Source: Longimicrobiales bacterium (GTDB lineage Bacteria > Gemmatimonadota > Gemmatimonadetes > Longimicrobiales > Gaopeijiaceae). Taken from it: 64,000 nt of DNA. The notes below the pieces were generated by a model. The model was not told the DNA's origin, made no database searches, and worked only from the letters and a program-made list of their open reading frames with translations. The stretch is taken from contig CBDCNQ010000003.1 in the NCBI GenBank assembly GCA_965219445.1, positions 446,098 through 510,097 of the forward strand. Direction: 5' to 3'. This document shows, in pieces, positions 58,197 to 64,000 of this stretch. A program made the translations under genes and the position numbers. Positions within the stretch are counted from its first letter, which is position 1; each line of letters begins with the position of its first letter.

Positions 58197-58389
58197 GGGG
58201 GTCAGTAAATGCCTCAGAGTTCCGGAGCGAGCAAAATGATAGCCCGGCGGACGCGGAGGGCACAGGGTCGGACCTGTCGGTGTAGTTCCAGGAAGGTTCC
58301 TATTTCCTCCCGTGATCGTTGCGTAATAGGTTCGGGTTCAGCGAGACCCCGAAAGTGATCGACTCCTTGAACAGGGATGCAGGGACCGG

Positions 58390-59268
58390 TTGACGATGTC
58401 CACCAAGTTTCTCCGCGTCTTGACGCTTTTCTCCGCACTTACGGCAGCCGGTGCGAAACCCCTTACGGCGGTCCCCATCTCCGTAGCGTCGCAGGCCCCA
58501 GCCTCCGGAAACGTGGACTCGGCTCGGGCTCTCCACGACGCAGCAACGACGGGTATTTCCTTTTCGGAAGCCGACCCACGGATCTCGAATGCGCACGACT
58601 TCTACCTCGACCATCAGGTCATGGAGTCGCTGCAACTCTTCGAGGACGTCATCGACGAGTTTCCTGAGGCTTACGAACCGTTATGGGCCGCGGCCCGCTC
58701 GGCCGTCGCTCTGGGGCTCCTCTCGCGTGGGCGAGAGATACAAAATCAGTGGTACAGGATCGGGGAGTCCTACGCTCGTCGGGCCACCGAGGTCGAGCCG
58801 GACGAACTCGAGGGGCTGTACTGGCTGTTGACCGCGAAGGGTCTCCGGGCCGCCCAGTCGGGGGGCAGCGAGGCATCAGCCCTCGGTGAGGAGGTCCACG
58901 ACCTGGCGCACCAGGTGTTGGAGGTGGATTCCCTTCATGCCGGGGCCTACCACGCTCTCGGCGTTCTCAACTACAGAGTGCAAAGACTCTCCTGGATGGA
59001 GCGTTTCGTGGCGAGGAACTTCATGGGGGCCGACGTCATGAACGCGACCAGTTGGGAGGACGCCGAGCGGTACCTTAAACGCGCCGTGGAGCTGAGGCCG
59101 GAGTACATCCTGTTCCATCTGGACCTCGGGAGAATGTATCTGCATCGCGACCGGAAGGATGAGGCCCGACGTCACCTCGAGCGAGCGTTGGAACTGCCGG
59201 TCCTAGAGCCGCCCGACCCCCGGTTTCAAACAATCGCGGAACGTCGTCTCGCAGAGATTCTCGACTAG
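58390..59268 (+). CDS. Secreted TPR protein
   Basis: Signal peptide; TPR units LWAAAR, GLYWLL, AYHALG, FHLDLGRMY. Confidence 0.78.
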   Translation: MTMSTKFLRVLTLFSALTAAGAKPLTAVPISVASQAPASGNVDSARALHDAATTGISFSEADPRISNAHDFYLDHQVMESLQLFEDVIDEFPEAYEPLWAAARSAVALGLLSRGREIQNQWYRIGESYARRATEVEPDELEGLYWLLTAKGLRAAQSGGSEASALGEEVHDLAHQVLEVDSLHAGAYHALGVLNYRVQRLSWMERFVARNFMGADVMNATSWEDAERYLKRAVELRPEYILFHLDLGRMYLHRDRKDEARRHLERALELPVLEPPDPRFQTIAERRLAEILD

Positions 59269-59298
59269 CCACCTCCTCCCGAGCAGACCCCACCGCAC

Positions 59299-59337
59299 AT
59301 GATCGTCTCGCACCGGCACCAGTTCGTTTCCCACTAG
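59299..59337 (+). pseudogene. N-terminal remnant of a family-2 sulfotransferase
   Basis: MIVSHRHQFVSH* compared with paralog starts MRISHRHQFV and MIISHSHKFI. Confidence 0.7.
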
Positions 59338-59852
59338 TTCACCGCCCCCGCCTCCCAGATCAGATCCTGTACCCGCAGAGTCCCGTCCCGCCCTAAGCTG
59401 ACCAGCACGTAAAACTGTCCCCCGCGGAGCCCATTGAGCTCTTCCTGGCGAGCCTCACTGAAGTAGTAGCGGCCGATTCCGTAGTCGAGCCGCCCGTCTT
59501 CAACGGTGGCTCTGGCCCATCCGTCGGTCTCGGTCAATCGCCGATCGTCGACCAGAGAGGGTGCCGACTTCGACACCGCCCGCCACACCGGCCACGTCTC
59601 GCCCTCGACCGTGACCTCCCTATTCAATTCCAACCTCACCAGCGCTTCTCTCCCCGGAACCGATCCTGCGGGATCCATGAAACGGTATCCCAGCGTCATG
59701 TAGAGCCCGCTCAGAAAGTCGCGCGGGTCGACCGGCCGAGTCTCCAGTACGAATTCCACGGCATCGACACGGGCATACTCCTCGACGCCCGCCCAACCCA
59801 CGAAGAAGAGCACCTGCATGGCCATCGTCCATCGGACCCAGCTCGCGTTCAT
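59334..59852 (-). CDS. GDYXXLXY-domain membrane-anchored protein
   Basis: LETRPVDPRDFLSGLYMTLGY, YGIGRYYFSE; paired with DUF2157. Confidence 0.82.
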   Translation of the reverse strand: MNASWVRWTMAMQVLFFVGWAGVEEYARVDAVEFVLETRPVDPRDFLSGLYMTLGYRFMDPAGSVPGREALVRLELNREVTVEGETWPVWRAVSKSAPSLVDDRRLTETDGWARATVEDGRLDYGIGRYYFSEARQEELNGLRGGQFYVLVSLGRDGTLRVQDLIWEAGAVN

Positions 59853-61177
59853 GCGGCACTCCCCCCCATCACCTGCTCCAGAAGATGGCGGCGCCCCCGA
59901 TCCAGGGCGTAGGCAATCCCCAGGAAGAGAAGACCCATGACGATGAACGCACTTCCGCTCGTCAGGAGGCTCCCGAAGTAGTCGATGAACCGGGTTACCA
60001 TGAGGAGTCCGACCACGGCGACCGCCTGATTGATCAGACGCTTGTCCGCCCTCAGCAACCCCGCGTGCATGCCGTAAAAGGAGAAACCGAGGAGCGCTAT
60101 ATTGGCGAGGTAACCGACCATCACCTCCTGGCCCGTAAGGGTCAACAGAGCACTCAGGGCCACCGGCAACCCTAGGACCAACTTGAAACCACGTGTGCCA
60201 CCGACCCCTGCTTTCTCCTCGACATCGGCCGAGGTGAGCCCGGCTATGGCGATCACGCTCAATAGGAGGCCGAAATACAGCCCGGGGGTATTCGCATTCC
60301 CCGAAAAGCCGAAATCATTGTGCAGGTAGGAAAGCGCATACAAGAGCCCAGCCGCCGCGATCCAGCCGAGATCGCCACTCTCCCGACGATCCAGAGCGAG
60401 CGTGCCCCGGCCAGCCCAAAAGAGCATCCCTAGAGCACTGGCAATCAAGAAATATACCCCGCCATAACTCACATCGAGGGCGTCGGTGAATCCTACTATG
60501 AAAAACAAGAAAACGAGGAAAGCCACCCAGAGCGTCAGTACCACCCTCGGGACGGCGAACCGCCGAGTCTGGTACAGCATGCCGACCCACAGCACGATGG
60601 ATACGACCAGCGTGATCATCATGGGCAACAGTTCCAGGTCGCGCATCGAGATCCAACTTCCGGTCTCGAAGGCCCCCGTGAACATCGCCCAAACGAAGAT
60701 GAACGCATGGGTCGCGGCGGCTCCTCCGTTACCGCCCAACCAGACGATGGGCAGCGCGAGACCCAGCGTCACCGCAAGCGGGGTGAAGGCATCGCCGGAG
60801 AGCTGGTAGATCTGGCCCCACAGGCCAATACCGGCCAGAGGCAAGATCACCCATACAACGTCCAGTCCCCTTTCGGCGAGGGATCTCCCCTCCATCCGAA
60901 GTCTGGCCTCCGCGAGGCCCGCGATCACGAGGAGGAACCCCAACTGGCGGACGAGCGAAGGGATTCTCTCCCAGTTGTAGCTCACCACCAGAATGATGCC
61001 GATGCCGACACTCAGGGCGCCCACCGTGACCAAGAGCCCGAAGAACGTGAAGAGCTGCCTCTCGGGATTCTGCTCCTGGAACTTGAGAATGGCTTCTGCC
61101 TGATCCCGACGGATCAGGTCCTGTGCGACCCATGCGTCGAGCCGGGTCTGAAGCCATCTCTTGTCGGAGCGTTTCAT
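59849..61177 (-). CDS. DUF2157 polytopic membrane protein
   Basis: LDAWVAQDLI, GIILVVSYNWERIP, GIGLWGQIYQL; many TM helices. Confidence 0.82.
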   Translation of the reverse strand: MKRSDKRWLQTRLDAWVAQDLIRRDQAEAILKFQEQNPERQLFTFFGLLVTVGALSVGIGIILVVSYNWERIPSLVRQLGFLLVIAGLAEARLRMEGRSLAERGLDVVWVILPLAGIGLWGQIYQLSGDAFTPLAVTLGLALPIVWLGGNGGAAATHAFIFVWAMFTGAFETGSWISMRDLELLPMMITLVVSIVLWVGMLYQTRRFAVPRVVLTLWVAFLVFLFFIVGFTDALDVSYGGVYFLIASALGMLFWAGRGTLALDRRESGDLGWIAAAGLLYALSYLHNDFGFSGNANTPGLYFGLLLSVIAIAGLTSADVEEKAGVGGTRGFKLVLGLPVALSALLTLTGQEVMVGYLANIALLGFSFYGMHAGLLRADKRLINQAVAVVGLLMVTRFIDYFGSLLTSGSAFIVMGLLFLGIAYALDRGRRHLLEQVMGGSAA

Positions 61178-61403
61178 CGATGATTTCCTGTGCGACCGGG
61201 GGGGCTACGAGAAAGTTAGGCTCGAATTTTAGCGGATGCCGCCACGATTTCAGAGTGTAGGGTTTGCCTTACGGGTCTCTTGCCTCAGACGCCTGGTGAG
61301 CGAAAGGCGACGCTTACAGTACGGAGTCACCGCGGCGACTCTTTCTGCAAATCGATGGCGCGGGAGACGAACGATGACGATGCGTGTGAAACTGAGAAAC
61401 GCT

Positions 61404-62186
61404 CTATTGCTTTACGTACCAATCGTCACGATCCGAGATCTCTTCAAATTTCCTCTGATATCCTTTCGATACCAATAGATCATATATTTTTTCACGCATC
61501 GGCGTGTGATTATGCTCGCATGTAATGACCCCAAAGCTATACCGATCGAAATCGAATTCCCTCAAGATTTCATATTCGCTCCCTTCCGTATCGATCGAGA
61601 GATAATCAATCTCTGTCGGGGCATCATGGACCGCCAATAAGTCTAGAAGAGCGATTGCTTCGACTTCATATATCCTGCCATTCTTTCTGCGAGCTGCGTG
61701 ATGATCTCCATCACTGAATCTGCTAATCGTTGAAAAACAAGGATTTTTCGTCTCGTTAAACTTCAGAAGCGCGTTGGATTCGCTCCAAACACAATGAGTG
61801 TCAATGATGCAGCTTCTGTTTCTCTTTAATGCGAGATGCCAGCACCTTCCGGGTTCGGAAAGAATTCCGCGCCATCCAAATTCTTTTTCCAACATGTAAG
61901 TATTACTCAGGTCCAAACCGTTGCTGGCGCCGATTTCAACAAAAAACCCATTTTTTTTGAGCCCCAATTCCGATAACACGAAAATATCCTGCCGCCTTTG
62001 TGCTCTTGATTTATCAATATTTTTCAAGAAATAGGCGATGTGCTCGTCGGGCAGAGTGGCGAGAAATTCGATATCAAGACTAGAATGCTTGCTTACACGC
62101 AAGTCTTGCAGAGTGCTGCGAGGTATGATGGCCCTATCGAAGTATCGGAGGATCTTGTTTGCAAATTTTCTTGGCATTTTTTTCAC
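61404..62186 (-). CDS. FkbM family methyltransferase (low GC)
   Basis: QDIFVL, GFFVEIGASNG..SNT..LE, IDYLSIDTEGSEYEIL, ITCEHN, DDWY. Confidence 0.88.
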   Translation of the reverse strand: MKKMPRKFANKILRYFDRAIIPRSTLQDLRVSKHSSLDIEFLATLPDEHIAYFLKNIDKSRAQRRQDIFVLSELGLKKNGFFVEIGASNGLDLSNTYMLEKEFGWRGILSEPGRCWHLALKRNRSCIIDTHCVWSESNALLKFNETKNPCFSTISRFSDGDHHAARRKNGRIYEVEAIALLDLLAVHDAPTEIDYLSIDTEGSEYEILREFDFDRYSFGVITCEHNHTPMREKIYDLLVSKGYQRKFEEISDRDDWYVKQ

Positions 62187-62315
62187 GGAAAAATGCTCCA
62201 GCTGATCTCTTGACGGCCGGCATCAGGGTCCCCTCCGAGGGAACGTACGTCCCGGCCTCGGCTCGACCCAAAGTCATGAATCCACACCATCCTTAACGGA
62301 ATCGCCGAAGGCCGG

Positions 62316-63623
62316 CTAGAAGAAGTGGGAGTGCAGGGCCGTGACAGCCTTCTGGACGTCGACCTGTTGGATCACGAGCCCGATGTTGACCTTGATCGCC
62401 CCCTGACTGATCACTCGGACGTGGACGCCCGCTTCAGCAAGCGTACCAAGGACTCGGGCCGCTATGCCATGGGTATGTGCGATCCCCTGGCCGACGACAC
62501 AGATCAGCGCATGGTCAGGCTCGACTGACACATCACCCAACTCACCGAGGTCCTCGCAGAATGCCGGTAGATGGTCGGCGCGATCCGCGGTCATCGTGAT
62601 TGACACCTCGGACGTGGCCACCAGATCGACGTCGACTTCATGAGCCTCGGCAACCCGGAACACCTTGGCGAGGAACCCGTGCTGTTGGAGCATCGGTGGA
62701 GACACCAGGTTGATCAGGTGAATGTCGTCCTTGTGGACCACGGCCCGCACGGGGGCACTGGACTCTTCGTACACAGGCAGGATGACGGTCCCGGGGTTGT
62801 CGGCGTTGCTGGTGTTCAGAACCCGTACAGGGATCGACTTCTCGATCGCCGGCAGGATCGTCGCCGGGTGGAGCACCTTCCCACCGTAGTAGGCGAGTTC
62901 GCTGGCTTCGCCAAAGCTCATGATGGGGATCGGCCGGGCGTCGTCGACCAGCCGTGGATCCGCAGTCATCACACCATCGACATCGGTCCAGATCTGGATC
63001 TCCGAGGCATCGAGCGCGTTGCCGAACAGGGCTGCTGAGAAATCGGAGCCGTTTCGGCCGAGAGTCGTGATGTTTCCGTCCGCGTCGCGGCCGAGGAAGC
63101 CGGTCACGATCGGCAGACCCTCTATTCTGGTCATGTTCTTGGCGATCCGGCCGTCGTCTGCAACCGGTCGCGCTCGGCCGAAGTTGCCGTCGGTGCGCAA
63201 GCCCACGTCGAACGCATCGACCGCCTGGGCCTCCAGCTCTTGTTGGTTGAAGTAAGCGGCGAGGACTCGCACCGAACACCGCTCTCCAAAACTCAGTAGG
63301 AGATCCCGGGCCCGGGGAGTGGCCTCGGACACGAGCGCCATCCCGCGCACCAAGTCGGCCATTTCGCCGAGCTGTTCGTCGAGGACGTCGACGGGCAAGT
63401 CAAGATCCTTCAGGAGTTTGTGGTGGAGATCCTCGATCTTGGAGACGTCGGCGTCACCGTGGGGGGCGGTTCGAGCACTCTCGTCCAGGGAATTCGTCAC
63501 ACCTGCGTGCGCCGAGACCACGAGGACCGGGTCTTGGTCAACACGGTCCCGGACGATACGGAATACGTTCTGGATGGATTCCGCAGTTCCTAGCGAGGTT
63601 CCACCGAACTTCATGATGATCAT
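62316..63623 (-). CDS. lysC: Aspartate kinase with ACT domains
   Basis: MIIMKFGGTS, VVSA, SFGERCS, TTLGRNGSDFSA, WTDVDG, ELAYYGGKVLHP. Confidence 0.92.
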   Translation of the reverse strand: MIIMKFGGTSLGTAESIQNVFRIVRDRVDQDPVLVVSAHAGVTNSLDESARTAPHGDADVSKIEDLHHKLLKDLDLPVDVLDEQLGEMADLVRGMALVSEATPRARDLLLSFGERCSVRVLAAYFNQQELEAQAVDAFDVGLRTDGNFGRARPVADDGRIAKNMTRIEGLPIVTGFLGRDADGNITTLGRNGSDFSAALFGNALDASEIQIWTDVDGVMTADPRLVDDARPIPIMSFGEASELAYYGGKVLHPATILPAIEKSIPVRVLNTSNADNPGTVILPVYEESSAPVRAVVHKDDIHLINLVSPPMLQQHGFLAKVFRVAEAHEVDVDLVATSEVSITMTADRADHLPAFCEDLGELGDVSVEPDHALICVVGQGIAHTHGIAARVLGTLAEAGVHVRVISQGAIKVNIGLVIQQVDVQKAVTALHSHFF

Positions 63624-63750
63624 CGTCGTCGACTTGTATTGGTTCTGATGCCAGCTGGCGGGCTGCCGCCCTCGAGATCGGAGGGCTGAGATCCCACACG
63701 CCGCGGCAATCCAGCGCATGAAGATCTCATCACCGGGCGATCTGAGGTCA

Positions 63751-64000
63751 CTACAATTCGTCGAACAGCTCCTCCATACGCCTCAGGGTCCGCTCGTCCG
63801 GCAACCGCCCCACACCGGCGCCCATGTTGTCGACGAGGTGGTCCGGATCCGAGGTGGCCGGAATGATGACCGTTACCGCCGGATTCGCCAAAATGTACTT
63901 GAGGAAGAACTGCCCCCAGCTGCGGCAGTCGAACTCGGCGGCCCAGGCCGGCAGATCCCGGCCGCGCACTGCGGCGAACAGCCTCCCGACGTTGTACGGC
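63751..64000 (-). CDS. Aldo/keto reductase, C-terminal part
   Basis: LPAWAAEFDCRSWGQFFLKYILANPAVTVIIPATSDPDHLVDNMGAG.GRLP. Confidence 0.85.
   Translation of the reverse strand, partial: PYNVGRLFAAVRGRDLPAWAAEFDCRSWGQFFLKYILANPAVTVIIPATSDPDHLVDNMGAGVGRLPDERTLRRMEELFDEL

Noticed and set aside
63624..63750. Lysine riboswitch upstream of lysC
   Set aside because: The gap is only 127 nt with one small hairpin, and no L-box conserved elements were recognised.
1..64000. tRNA, rRNA, CRISPR array, prophage or integrase
   Set aside because: None recognised in the intergenic gaps or the translations; a covariance-model search would be needed to exclude small RNAs.

Overview
GC-rich bacterial chromosomal window. 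Gene style suggests Gemmatimonadota, but that is an inference. The left part (~1-38.7 kb) holds housekeeping and accessory genes: yebC-ruvC-ruvA-ruvB, a divergent EF-G paralog, rhomboid, ddl, cystathionine beta-synthase, mutS, copA, holA, two ECF sigma/zinc anti-sigma pairs, an M16 peptidase pair, apgM, an AAA ATPase, SRAP, iodotyrosine deiodinase and TerC. The highlight is a ~20 kb lipid/glycan island (38.7-58.2 kb). It encodes a likely complete bacterial ceramide pathway (Spt, bCerS-like GNAT, CerR-like reductase) and two tandem ACP-FabF modules. It also carries GT32, GT64-like and Stealth transferases, five sulfotransferases, an MsbA-like exporter and a Wzi-like outer-membrane protein. Together these suggest an undescribed sulfated (phospho)glycosphingolipid system. 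Features absent from the ORF track include a 368-bp MITE, 30-aa and 53-aa microproteins, a frameshifted STAS gene, a 12-aa sulfotransferase stub, a shared ECF promoter motif and two sigma54-type promoters. No rRNA, tRNA or CRISPR was seen. All family calls come from motif recognition, not database searches.
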